A DNA stretch of 64,000 bases from the NCBI GenBank assembly GCA_053919585.1, contig CM132783.1; one strand, written 5' to 3'. Below the pieces are notes generated by a model. That model had not been told where the DNA came from. It made no database searches and worked only from the letters and a program-made list of their open reading frames with translations. This stretch comes from Euprymna scolopes (taxonomy: Eukaryota). The position numbers were made by a program, and so were the translations under genes. Positions within the stretch are counted from its first letter, which is position 1, and the number at the start of each line of letters is the position of its first letter. This document shows, piece by piece, positions 11,342 to 24,221 of this stretch.

Positions 11342-12050
11342 ACAAAAAGGTAAATATGTTTTTTTCATCATCTTGTAACAAACTCTTGTACAACCCTTCC
11401 AAGTATTGTCTCCTCCATCACTAGTAATGTCTCCTCCCTCTATATGTGTTAACAAGAATCATCCCAGTCAGATATAAATGTTTCCTTCATTATCATCGTC
11501 ATCTGTTCTGAGTCCCCCTACTACATAACATAATGTCCTTTATTGACATCAAGTTGAACGTAGAAAAAACATTTTTGCACCAGCCTAATATTTGGTTATT
11601 TGTGGCATATGGGCATGAGAATTAAAAGATATCTCATTTATTTCCTGTTTATTTCCTGACCTCGTGTTCATGTGTGTTTATTGGTTTAAGATATAACAGA
11701 TTGGTGACGAGTAAGGATTTCAGTCTGTTATATTGTACATCAACAGTTAATAGGAACAAATGTACACAAATATAAATGTTAGGAAATAACGTATTTCTCT
11801 TTTTAGTCTTACTCTTACACAAATACAAATGCACACAATTTATAATCCGTTCTAAATATATCTCTCCAGCATAAATACATGTTATTTATGTTTATTCTTT
11901 CGGTGTAGATGTGAGACAAGGTCGAGCTTAATGTGGGTTGTGAGCATTATTGAATATTCAATGGCATGTGTTTAATGCCTCATAGGATTTTCTATCAATT
12001 TTTTTTCTTAGCAAAATAGAGAGACTTTTAACTTATTACATATATTTATA

Positions 12051-12775
12051 CTAGTACAGCTACTTGGCGTTGTTTGGAGCAATTCGAAAACCAAAATAAA
12101 GTTTGTTAAAAGTGTAAGATTTTTATCTGAAAACTTATATCTCTCTCAACCTGTCTTTCTCTCTTTCCCTCTACCCCGTTTTTTTATATACACCCCGCCT
12201 ATCTCTTTTTCATCCCCACTCAGCCCACTCCACTCTCTTCTATTGGAAGTAGTACAGTAAAACCCTGGTATACGGCATTAATCCGTTCCCAGGTTAAGAT
12301 CATAAGGTGAAATCGCTGTATGGCGGGGCATAAGCAAAATTTTATACAGTATAGATTAAAAATTAGTAACAAAATACAGTACAATAAATAATACACGTAT
12401 ATATATAATCAAATAACATTATAATACCATAAGGCGGGGCAAATACCATAACCAGGACCGCAAAAAACATTATATTTCACATCATAACCTGAAAAACATC
12501 GTATCTCGGAGTTCTACTGTAATAATATCAATCATTCTCCTCTATACAATAGATAATATCAAAAATGGCTGGAAAACTGCCCCTACCTTTGACGAAAATT
12601 GGCCTAGTTGGCCTGCAAAGATGAATAATTATTTTTTACTTTAAGATATTAATTAATCAGGGCAACACCGATCAAGAATATACCAACCCAGAGAAGGTTT
12701 TGTTTTGTAATATTTGTGCTTTTACTTGGACATACTAACACACATACATGCAGACAACTGCCCTTTATATGACAG
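12051..12775 (-). mobile_element. Degenerate non-autonomous Helitron with a nested MITE
   Basis: CTAG plus decayed GGCGTTG hairpin at 12051-12080. The ACAACTGCCCTTTATAT end lies next to a CA-rich tract. Confidence 0.5.
12255..12519. mobile_element. pogo/Tigger-like MITE
   Basis: TA|CAGTAAAACCCTGGTATACG ... CGTATCTCGGAGTTCTACTG|TA: imperfect TIRs with TA target duplication. Confidence 0.75.
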
Positions 12776-14399
12776 CTAACAATTCTAACAAATAGATTGC
12801 AGTAAATAAACACAGTCGAACGCAACATTAAGAAATAAACAATAGATCATTTTATTCTCATTCTAACATAACATTAAAAAAAAAATATGATACGTACTAT
12901 TTATAATCCTTTGCCAACTACAAAGAAGTGGTATCATTCAACAGCATATGTAATGGCCATTTTTATGATTTTGACAACAATAAATCCATCCATTCATTAA
13001 TTAATGTACTTTTTGTTAAACTCAAAGAACCACTATATAATATATAAATATCTAACTAGAGCGCCTAGTTCTATATAAACTCATATGCGGCTATGTTACA
13101 CTTCCAAATTTAGAAAAAAGATAGGTATACTTCCGAAATTAGCAAATGCGTTATATAACTTCGCTTATACCGAAATGTATGCTCATATTTACCGATATAT
13201 ATGTGAAAGATTTTTTTTAAATATATAAGTACGGAAAGATTTGTAATTTAAATTGTACCTTCGGTTGTCTGTTTTTGTCATACGTCACTACCATCCGGGT
13301 ATCCTACATTGCTATGAGCCTTTTTAAACATTTATATATTTGTTTACCAGTAATTCTTCAAGCAAACTACCTCTCTCTTTTATAAATAATAAAATTGTAC
13401 AGTAAGAATACGATAACTTTAGGGGAAAAAAATCTATAACATAATGTAATTTTTTATTTTAAAATAGTCAATAACACTCAAACATTTTTTTTTTTTATAA
13501 ATGCTAAAGAATTTAGAAACATGCTATTGGCAAACAACAATTACTAAGAAAAACAATTTCAAACCAGAAAAAAACCCAATAATTATGGGAAAAAGTTTTA
13601 AATAATTCATGAAAACATAAAATGTGGACAAATATATAAAGATGAAAAGTAATGATATGAAAATCGTATCGGAGCGAGATAGAAAAAAAATTAAGAACAA
13701 ATCTGAAAAACTAGAAATATCAGAAAGGAATAAATTATTTATTAAGAAAACTGTAAAAGAAAACAACTAAACTTCGATAATTTACAAAATAGAAAAACGG
13801 GAAATGTAAACAAAAAGTTTCCAATAAAATTCATTTAATGCTGAACCTAATAATTTCGACAGAGATTTTTTTATGCTTCAAGTTCTTTATATCTTTAAAT
13901 ATTTATTCATGATGTTTAGTCAGAATGTTTTGAAAAAGAAAATTATTTTTATTTTTGTCTTTTTAAAAGGGAAAGAAAAAACAATGTTTGGTGCATTTTA
14001 GCTCAGCAAACCAGTAATTTCAGATAGCCTGATCTGTTAGCACCAGGCAGCTTGATCTAAAAGAGTTGTGGTGAATCAAAAGTCAGAAAACCCCAGTCTA
14101 TCGTAACATTTCCTTTTCTGGCCTTTAACTCCTCGACCCTTTTAGCATTTGATACGAATTTTGGATGTCGGTCCCAAACATTAATTTTTAATCATGTATT
14201 TTAAGTCTGCGCTGCTTATCTTTCTACACTGCATGAGAGCGTTTTCTTGATCGACCTAAAGAAAAGAGCTGAAAATCATACAGAACTATTATTATGATTG
14301 TGATCATTTATGCACTGGTAATGTTGATGAAGGTATGAACCCATGACCCATCCCTGCTTTTAGTAAATTAACATGTTCAATAAAGCACATACAATATTC

Positions 14400-14697
14400 G
14401 ATGTTTGATGCCTCCGTTCAGTCTCGAAAGACAAAGGATACCCCCTGTAAGGGCAGCTGTGCATGTAATTGTGAGGCAAGGGTTGCGCAATACGCAACCA
14501 CACCTCTCTTGAATCGATACTGTTTGAGTCAAGTAGCAAGGAGTCCAGGACGACTTGAAATAATGCCAAAATAAGCAGAGAGCAGATACAACACTAGAAA
14601 ATCCCAAATGGTCACCCATTTAGTACTGACCAGATTCAACATTGCTTAACTTTGGTGATCCAGCCGGAACCGGTGTGTCAACATGATTATGCCGCAT
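14400..14697 (-). mobile_element. 5S rRNA-derived SINE (SINE3-like) or 5S pseudogene with 3' extension
   Basis: Minus strand 14697-14585 reads GCGGCATAATCATGTTGACACACCGGTTCC..GATCACCAAAGTTAAGCAA..GGTCAGTACTAAATGGGTGACCATTTGGGA, collinear with metazoan 5S rRNA including boxes A and C. Confidence 0.8.
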
Positions 14698-15286
14698 ACA
14701 ATGAGGCATATACAATAGATATTTAAGCGTTAAATAATAGTAAAAGGGCACTTGTGCAGAATACGGGCCATGCTGAAAAAATGATATTATTTAGAAACGC
14801 TTTCTTAATATAGAAAAAGGGAGCATTTTGTAACTATTCTGTACTTTTATCAAATAGTTTAATAAACGAAAGATACTGTAAACCTTGAATTTAACTTGAA
14901 AATCCTATCTAAAAATTAGCATAGTCTATATTTGAAATAAACAGCGGGTATCTGTATGCTGAATCAAATAAAATAACCATGTAGAGAAAAAGAATCACTC
15001 AAACACAGATTTATGAAAAGAAACTGATATCTTTATTCAATTCTTGAACTATTTAGGTTAGTTTGAGTTTTAGCAAAAAAGGCACTTCTGCCTGATAACT
15101 AAATAGAAAAAAAAAAGATTTATTCTAATAATTTTTCCCTTATGGTTATACTCTAACTTTGTAACAACCTTTTAAATGTTTTTTGTTTGTGTACTATGTG
15201 ACTCCATGTTCGTATCATATGTAAAATTTAATCTCGTGTTTACTATTAATGTGTAGAATTGCCCATCGGTGCATATACCATACTTT

Positions 15287-15395
15287 GGGGGTAATTACGC
15301 CAAATCCAGAGGAAATTGCGCCAACTAAAAAAAGTGTACTTTATATGCGTGGTTGCCAAAAAGAGCACTTTTAGCTAGTTGGCGCAATTACCCCC
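15287..15395. mobile_element. Small MITE-like inverted-repeat element
   Basis: GGGGGTAATTACGCCAA ... TTGGCGCAATTACCCCC, with an internal AATTGCGCCAACTA repeat. Confidence 0.55.
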
Positions 15396-17177
15396 GGACT
15401 TATTTAATAATTTAAAATTGAAGGGATGGAGCAGACACTAATATTGCAATGTAGGGACATCAAACAGAGTAAATCAGGAAATTTACAGTTTCTAATTTGA
15501 AAAATGTCTCCAGAGAATGACAAAAATATCTGTCTTAATTGCAGAGTAACAGTCTTGTTAAAATGCAATGAAGGTTTGAAATATTTTTTGTTTCTCCAAT
15601 AAAGTTGTACAGAATGTGAACAAGCTCATTTGCTGAAATTTGAAGCTATTTCTACCCCCCCCGAGATAATCTAATGGTAATTGTGAAAAACAACAACAAC
15701 AAAAATCTACAACGTTTAATCGCACTTTTGGATCGCATTGTTAGACTAGATTACAACATCTATCCCCAAAGGCCACTGTCGCCCCCTTAAATTGGATGTA
15801 AGTAACGAGTCTCTGCACAGTTTGGTGATAGGAGTCACGTTGTCTTTTGTCTTCTTGTCAATATGTGCGTCCTTTGTTTATAGCAATCCAGCCATTTCCA
15901 ATACCGTGGCGGCCATGTCATTGCACTTGAAATATCTCTGAAAGTATTTTTAGGTATATTTTCATTAAGTGTACCCATGCATTTGACTGTGCAAATTAAA
16001 TATCGCAGAGAAAATTAAATAGTTAAATTATGAGCTGGAGCACTGGGAGCAAGAAAGGCATACTTGAAAACTTTAATGAGTACAAGAGACCAGATCTTAA
16101 CGTTCTTCAAAGCAATCGAAAGCACACAGATATGATCAAAAGGTTTTTGCAAATAGATTATATAATCAAAGTTATAGACTTAGAAATGTTTGAAGTTCAT
16201 AGAATTGAAGTTATTCAATAAGCGAAATTTGCTCAACTTTTTTGGAATCCATATAACTTTGTTACTTAGGATGTAAATCTCAATAATATCAACGGTAAAA
16301 TAAACTTCACTTTATTATACGCTTTATCAAAAACCTTTTCAAAATCTATGAAAAGTCAGACCCAAAATACTTTAATGTAGTCAGCAGATGTATTGCTATT
16401 GTGAAAAGTAATTAAACTTGGAAAGATTTGATTTAGTGGAGTTAAGTCTCTTTTAGCGTCTTAAAATGATAAAAATTGTTCAAAATTTAAGAATCTATGC
16501 AGTTTTATGTAATGTAACTTGTTAGATAATAGAGGATTTCTATTACAAATTAAATGACAAAAAATAGGAAATTTCGCTAGGAATTAAGCTGATGTGTTAG
16601 GCAATAACATTATGAATGGAAAGTTCCAGTAACACGTAGTAAATAAGATAAAAAATCTTTCTCCTGGGTGTCGAACGTGTTAGGTAATATTATGAATGGA
16701 AAGTTCTGGGTGACACGTAGTAAATAAGATAGTAAAATCTTTTTTTTTTTTTCTCGGTGTCGAACGTCGACTCAAGGTCCGTCTATCCAGCACCTATGGG
16801 ATATGTTTAGTGAGAAAGGGATTAATTCTACACAATTGCCAATGTATGTAATACTCATGTATTGACAAAAAAAATATCACCCAAAGAAACTAGAAATTCA
16901 GATCAAAAGAAATCAATCCGAGTATGACTACTAAAACTTTAAATAACGAATCAGCACTCAAATATTTGCTGAAGACAAAGAATTCCCGGCCGGTAACAAA
17001 ACATAACTATTCGAATCAAAGGTAAAAATTGTTAACAATGAAACAAATATAATAAGAAAGACATTATTTAATCATTTTCTGGTTTTATTTTAATACATTT
17101 AATTGACACTCATAGCATTTTTATCTTAGTTTTTAATTTGTAAAATAAAGTAAGACACTGTCTTCGTTTATTAGCTT

Positions 17178-17703
17178 ATTATTGCAGACTATTATCCTCA
17201 TCTTTCTTAGTTGTTGTTTCACGACATTCCGGCCAACTATTCCTCTAGCAGGTGGTAACTATGACGGGATAGGAACTCCGAATCTCCTAACTGCATTCTC
17301 AGCAATTACTGCCACTGCCATCCATAGTTAGTGTCGTCTCACTACGTTTTTGGCCAAGTAAACCTCTAGCTAACCCGTGGCGCAGTGGATAGAGACATTG
17401 AATCTCTACAGTTTCAGATGAGAATTGTCTGAAGATATCGGCTTCAATCCTACTCAAAGCCGGCCAGAAGCTTACTTGGCCAAAACGTGGTGAGACGACA
17501 AGAACTATGGAAGGTAGTAATTACTGAGAATGCAGTTAGGAGATTCGGAGTTTCTATCCCATTGCGGTTACCACCTGATGAAGGCAGAGGAATAGTTGGC
17601 CGAAAAGTCGTGCAATAACAACCAAGAAAGACGAGGATAATAATCTGCAATAAATGAATTAATAACTAATACTCATCTCAATAATGAATTCCAATTAAAT
17701 AAT
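17178..17703 (+). mobile_element. Family A fold-back element (tRNA-like head, hammerhead tail, inverted 5' copy of the tail)
   Basis: 17178-17372 is the reverse complement of about 17462-17655. The centre holds A box TGGCGCAGTGG and B box GGCTTCAATCC. Hammerhead at 17572-17612 (GAAAC changed to GAAAA). Confidence 0.8.
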
Positions 17704-17809
17704 AGTGTCTTTGTTGTTCATTGCTGTATGACATGAACGGAGATCCCATACAATTATTGAAACATAATACAAGATGATTGGATTCTTACATTATTTTGAT
17801 TATTCAAAC

Positions 17810-18160
17810 TACTGTTCACATCTTGAGTGTTTTTTGACAACGTTTCAGTCGATGTAACTTATAACCTTCCCAAAAGGTCAAGCTCGGGAATCTTTCTGTC
17901 AAACTGGAATCTATATGGAATTTTGAACGAAACCTTGTTTAATCCAGTGGAGTAACATGCTCTGATTCTGTTAGTGCAGGACAGAGCAGACATATTAAGT
18001 AATTCAGAATTGTATTCTTAATATCGGCAGCACTAAGGATTGAACCTTCAACTCCCAGAAACGTATCGCTTAGAAATGAATTTTACTTAGTACTTTATCA
18101 GTTCTTGTGAAATACTTTACAGATTCTCAAGTTCGACAAAAAGATTCCCGAGTTCGATAT
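17810..18160 (-). mobile_element. Family C element with partial inverted duplication
   Basis: Homologous to 3475-3740. Minus-strand B box GGTTCAATCC and tail GACTGAAACGTTGTC. AAGATTCCCGAG is inverted between about 17883 and 18141. Confidence 0.55.
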
Positions 18161-18419
18161 TTTCATAAAAAACTACAACATTATTATGTAATCGAAATCA
18201 CTGAGGAAATATTTTTTTTATCTTCCTTTTGTTATTAAAGCTATTCCCGTCAAGGAAATAGACGATTCTCACATTTACTTAAAATATAACATGTAAGATG
18301 ATCCATCAGCAAAACGTCTAGACCCCTAAAAATCTTGTATACTACTATAAAAATTTAGTATATTACTATAAAAAGAACAAAATGTTGATAGAGATGATGA
18401 AAGAAGGAAGGAAAAAGAG

Positions 18420-18580
18420 AAACAAATGGAGAAAAATCATACAGAAAAAAACATTGCAGAAATTTGGGAGAAATATCAAGGAAAGCCCTGGAGTTTTCAC
18501 GAGTCTTAAACTACTGTGCAAATCTCATTTAATGTTAAGAAAAGTTAAGACGACGACGATGATGATGATGATCATCATCA
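18420..18580 (+). mobile_element. Possible decayed 3' end of an R4/Dong-type non-LTR element
   Basis: IIQKKTLQKFGRNIKESPG weakly resembles the IQxxALLxxARILRRVL C-terminus. It ends in a trinucleotide (GAT/GAC) tail. Confidence 0.3.
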
Positions 18581-18909
18581 GAATCTAAATTTTCAAGGAA
18601 AGCTCTAGTGGAAGACTCAACTCTCTCATAATGGCAACCAATAAGAGTGCATTTAGAATTGACTACATTAAAGCTGAAATAGATTGGACCCAGGTGGACA
18701 CTAAACACAGGATTTCTGGTCAAGGAGAGAGAAGAAATAGGTTTCTTACATTGTATTGCGAAGAAACGAAAAGACATACTTCAATTCTTGTGGTCACAAC
18801 TGGGATTAAACCCTTCTAGAAATACTGAAATAGAACGATGCCAAATACTAAATTCAGTAGAGTGGAACTAAGCAACAAATAAAATGAAACAGTAAAATAT
18901 ATGGAGATA

Positions 18910-18980
18910 ATGGTATCTTGGCCTTTTGCTTAAGAACAAAGTGTAGATTCTGTTCTGATATCAAACTATATCTTAAACGT
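18910..18980 (+). pseudogene. U2 snRNA 5' fragment (pseudogene)
   Basis: ATGGTATCTTGGCCTTTTGCTTAAGAACAAAGTGTAGATTCTGTTCTGATATCA versus U2 ATCGCTTCTCGGCCTTTTGGCTAAGATCAAGTGTAGTATCTGTTCTTATCA. Confidence 0.75.
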
Positions 18981-21161
18981 TTTGGTTAGTGAAGTTAAAA
19001 TCGTTCTATAATTTTAATCTTTGTTCCAATCCAGAGTGATACTTTTGGGGGAGCTAGATTTTCCTCACATTAAAAACCGACCATGTATCTAACTCTGTCC
19101 TTGTGGAGAGGCCAATAAATAGGAACAGTAGGGCTACTTTGTAGTTCTTTTGGGCAATCTCATAAGACCGGCTGAATATATGTGAACATGAATTTGTAAT
19201 TTGGGGTTCATTCCTGCACTGACTCTAAATATATTAGTTAAAATACTGAAATGTTCTGTAAAAAGAGATATATTTGTTTGAAGTAGCTGAGTGGTCATGG
19301 CTACAGTATTCGAGTAATAATCTAGTAAGATACGTTACTGAATGGGTGTTTATGGTTGTAGCTTTCAGCATATCTTTCACCATCTCTTCGAGGCTTCACT
19401 ACAACTAACTCTGTATTTATGGTTTTGCAACTAATCATGTTCTTGTAATGAGGAACCCCGATGTATTCGTATTCCTTACATTAAATACTTAGGAATGTCA
19501 TGTTTTGTTTAGTTCTTTTGTTTGCCTCTTAGATGACAAATTTACAATTTTTGGAGTTATTTCATGCTTTTCGATAACTGTTGCAAATCACTTTGAATTA
19601 TCGAAACAGCTGTTTACCATTGATTTCTTCCTGATAACAAGTATTGGTTTTCCCTGGAATTTGAGTGGCCTAAACCACTACAGGATTCTAGTAGCCTCCA
19701 TATCCTTCCAGTGGAAGGATGAATGGTGCTTTCCCTCATTGTTTTTTTTCATCTTCCTTAAATGTTCAGTGAGCCTGGAGTCTCTTTTATTTATTTAGAC
19801 ATAGGAGTATTATCATTTCTATAATTTGTATTAATAGTAGTAGTAATATAAGTTTGTTAAAGTAGGTTTATCGCTGAAAACATATGCGATTTCAAAGATG
19901 AAGGACTGCAAGTTACATTTTAAGTAACAAGATGGACTTTGGAATTAATAGAAATGGCAAAGCCAATTTTAATTATTATCAGATATAGTTTGTAGTCAGG
20001 CACTAATATCACTGGAAAAAGTTATGAACTCTCAACTGCATATTCAATCAAGGATAAAATAGCAGATTCCATTCAAACAACATTTGCCAAGCATGAACAC
20101 TCTAACCCTCATCCTTCCAAACATCAAATGTTTCGTATTTCTAATAGAATTACTAATTACAACGCTTCACGTTATACGTTCATTTTATCCGTTCGGTTGG
20201 TTACTTATGCGCTGTAGTTTTGCGGGACGGTAATAATCAAGACAAACACAATGGAATAATTAACAAAATGTGTATTAGCAAAAGTATGCTACAAAAGTAT
20301 ACGTCATAGTTTTGGGGCCATTACTGCCACACATCTCTATCCAATAATGTGCTGGATTTAACTATATTTATAGTCTCTTGGTAAGTTCATTATACCAAAA
20401 TTAGGTATATCAGCTTACCTCGAAACGAAGTTCTTTTTAAATGAAAAATTCTGATATTTTGAAGTATAATTTACAAAAGATCCATTTTTTGTTTTTCGAA
20501 AAACCATTTACAAGAAATATTGGATTTAGCATTAAATAACCAAAAAGAAGTTGATATACTGTAATACAGTCTAACCAAACAAAGCTAAACCAAAATCTTT
20601 ATTCAATCTGTATTTGGTCTAATTCAGCTTCTATTACTATTTTGTTAGTTTAATATCAGACAGACAAAATACTTTATTAAAATATAGGCAACATCAAAAC
20701 ATTTCCTGCAATTATTCTTAATAATTTTTGCCTTGTTGTTTTTTCCAATATCAACTAACATTGCACCATATGTTGTTTGTTTTATGAAATTCTAATTTTA
20801 TGTAATATAAACTTGTTTTTTTGTGTTGTTCAATTATCATTCCAAGTTTAAGAGAAGAAATAACATTTTTGTTTAATTAAAGATGTCACAATATTCTAAA
20901 CTCTTAAAAGCAAGTTCATACAGATGTTAATTTTTATGATTATCCGACAAAAGAAAATAATTCCTATTACAATTAACAAAGATTATGACGATGACTCAGG
21001 AAATTACATGACTATGCTGAGGACAAAAATATGACAGCCTTCAATCCCTCTGTCCAATGTATTTGACATCTTCAAAAAGGCTTGTAAATAATAAATATGA
21101 CAACACAAGTATGGAAGTCGCATTGTCCTTTTCATCGGGAATGTTTCAAACGCATTATAAC

Positions 21162-21599
21162 TAGTGTTGGAATGATTAATCAGAATCGGGAATCGGAAAA
21201 ATTGGAGTTTTTTGGGGTATCGGAATCGGTATCGGATTTGAAAATATTTGTGCCTATTTTCTGATGCAAAAACAGATTCCTTAAATTATTATTATTTTTT
21301 TTTAATTTTTGTTTCAGAAACATTTTTCACTGCTTCTAGGAATAATAAAATAATAAATATTTATTGGTTTAAACTTCTAGTAAGACTAAAATCTCTACAT
21401 CACCCCCTCACAAGTGTGTGTTAACGTTGGAGAAAATATAGACCCATTTAAGTTGGGTTTTTTTTATGGTAATCGTGACAAAATTACATTTTTATAATTA
21501 AATATTTTGAGATTTATAAAGAATCGGAATCGGTAATTGTATCGGAATCGGGAATTTAGTACGGAATCGAAAAAAAAGATCGGAATCGTCCCACCGATA
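21162..21599. mobile_element. hAT-superfamily MITE
   Basis: Perfect 8-bp TSD ATTATAAC (21154-21161 and 21600-21607), imperfect TIRs TAGTGTTGGAATGATT / AATCGTCCCACCGATA, and subterminal ATCGGA repeats at both ends. Confidence 0.88.
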
Positions 21600-23896
21600 A
21601 TTATAACAGGGAAACACCGGTTGATTTGCATATCATCTTGAGGAAGATGAATAGTTTTACAAAAGAATCTTATTTTTAAATCGGTATTAAAGGAGTTAAC
21701 CGCACTACTAACCCTAAGTCTGGGTGACAATCAAGAATGCCAGAATAGGAATCAAGAGCCCAAAGTTCAGCATCCATTTATAATTCACAATGATCTAGGT
21801 GACAGTTTAGACCCTTAATTCGACTTAATACGTCGCCATATTAAAAACCGTATTTCCCTTAGAAAAATTTGAACATTTTAAATAAAATCAAAACTCCATA
21901 TTTAGTTTTTACTCGAACTTACAAAAAATAATTGTCAATAAAAAAATCAGCAAAACATAAAATAATTGTCAATAAAAAATCGGCAAAACATAAAATTAGA
22001 ACCTTATAAAGATTTTTCAATAGTGATTGCTTCAAGTTCCAAAAAACCTATTTCTTTTATAATCCTCTTCTCTACATTGATCTTCAAGCAGAATATCTAA
22101 TATAGTTATCACAAATTAATGAAGAAAACATTGATCAGTTACTTGATTTCATATTGTTCAGCAGATCATAGAAAATCCTGTATAAGATATTAAAAACCTG
22201 ACAAAAAAAAATAATCAAAAAACGCATTTCGTTAAGAGAATTAATTAAATCCGTCATTATTGGCACTCTTGAAATTATTCCAAATGGCATTGTATAGATA
22301 TTGACAGAATTATAACTTGAATAAAGAATGTCGTTACAATCAAGATTTTCTGTAGAATAGAAAGATTTTCACAAGAGTAGCCTGGCTGCTACGATTTTCA
22401 TGCCATCTTAAAAATCAATGGACGACGGAATGATGAATATACAGTGAACTAAATGCTGTGAATTATTTTTGTTATCTAATTACGAATTTTCATTCAAATA
22501 ATTTCAAAGTATTCGTGACATTGTTTTTCCATTTGTTGTTGTCTGCCAGTTACATTTGTTTATCTCCCACGTACATTGCAGTCAAATTGATTGCAAAACC
22601 CAATCAACATAGTTTCACAGTTTAACTATTTTATTGTTTTTTTCTGGTCAGACAAAATAATTTTTTAAACCATCGTAATAACAAAGAACAAAGATATATA
22701 TGGTAACCAAACAAAGCTAAACCAAAATCTTTATTCAATCTGTATTTGATCCCAAATATATATACCTTGTCTGAAGTTTAGCAGAGAGGAAAAACATCAA
22801 ATGGTATCACATAGCTTGTGATGTCACAGCCACATTAGATGTTCTCTACCCAATCTTCAATGTATACCATGTGTAAAAATAGGTAAGAATTTTTCTTTTT
22901 GATCGTGGATAGAAATTAATATTTGTATTTATATTTTGATGTTCCGAGTCCAATATTGAGCAAAGTCAGCAAGATGAGCTAATAAGTTAATTGAAAGAAT
23001 ATCACAAAGCTTGGGGAATGGAATACGAACTGAACTCTGTGACTCGATTAATGATCACGTTTGAAATTGCATAATGATTCCTGAGTTTGAGACAAGGCAC
23101 CTAAAGTATGCCAGACAACAAATGGATCAAAAAGTGGTAAAAAAATTACAATCAAGAAACAAATTCGGAAATTGTTAATATAGAAAATTTATCATCCCCA
23201 AAAACAGATTTGAAAAAAATCTATAAGATAAATACTGCTCTAATATAGTTAAACAAGATTTTAGCATATATTTGTTAAAAAAAGTTGTTAAAAAGCGACT
23301 GCAATGCGGATTAAAACATGCTGAACAATTTTCAAGAAGGAACGCTGTTTGTGCAGAGCAAAACGATTTGGCCGAGTCTTAACTTAGATTTATCACATCT
23401 TCAATGTTGCATATTCAAAATATATTGAACTGTTCATGGAATCAACATATTTTTAATTTGTTATTCACATTTTAAGAAATAAATCTTATGTTACTCAACA
23501 CTGAGCCAATTTCATTTGCCGGAATTATATCATTTCTTTGATTTACACATTTAATAACATGTTTAAAACATTATATAAGCTTGAAAATATGAATGAAAAG
23601 ATGGCATAAAAAACAAAGAAATATTAAAATTAAAAACAAATAATAAAAATGGAAAAATAACAAACAACGAAAAAGAAGTCACATCACTTTCGAACTATCT
23701 AAAATATTGATCATATTTTTCAGTATTAAAAAAAGGACAATCATAAAATATTTTATATCCATATGTAAATTCTGAACGAAAATGTCGAGAATCGCAAAAG
23801 GATTGCATTAATTTTTTTTCTGTGTGATGTTAGCTATACCAAAATCAAAACTTACACAAAGCGAATCACATATATAAAAAAATATCCGTGACTTAC

Positions 23897-24029
23897 CTCC
23901 AAAAATGAGGCGGACATGTTTTCCATTCAAACGAGATCTGTATATTCCCCGCTTGCTTTTGCTCACATCTGACCAAAATAAGTATCCATCTTGTATATCT
24001 GAGGCGAGACCAACTATTCTGCCTTCAGG
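23897..24029 (-). CDS. Internal exon of an LDL-receptor-related (YWTD beta-propeller) protein
   Basis: Poly-T tract plus GATAG acceptor and GTAAGT donor. The 133 bp are open and translate to PEGRIVGLASDIQDGYLFWSDVSKSKRGIYRSRLNGKHVRLIFG, an LDLR class B repeat (LFWSD..IYRSRLNG). Confidence 0.88.
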
Positions 24030-24221
24030 CTATCAAAAAAAAAAAAAAGCAAAAAACAAAAAACTTTAAGAATTAGTTATTCACAGAAATAAAGGTAATA
24101 AGAAATGATGAAATGAAAATTTCTTTAAAAATTGAAAAAAAAAATATTTGAATTCATAAAAAAACTAAGTTTTTATGAGAGTTTCAGAAAAGTGTTTTTA
24201 TTTTTCTTATCTTTTATTACT

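Noticed and set aside
14585-14697. Functional 5S rRNA gene
   Set aside because: Many substitutions, dispersed divergent copies and no tandem array.
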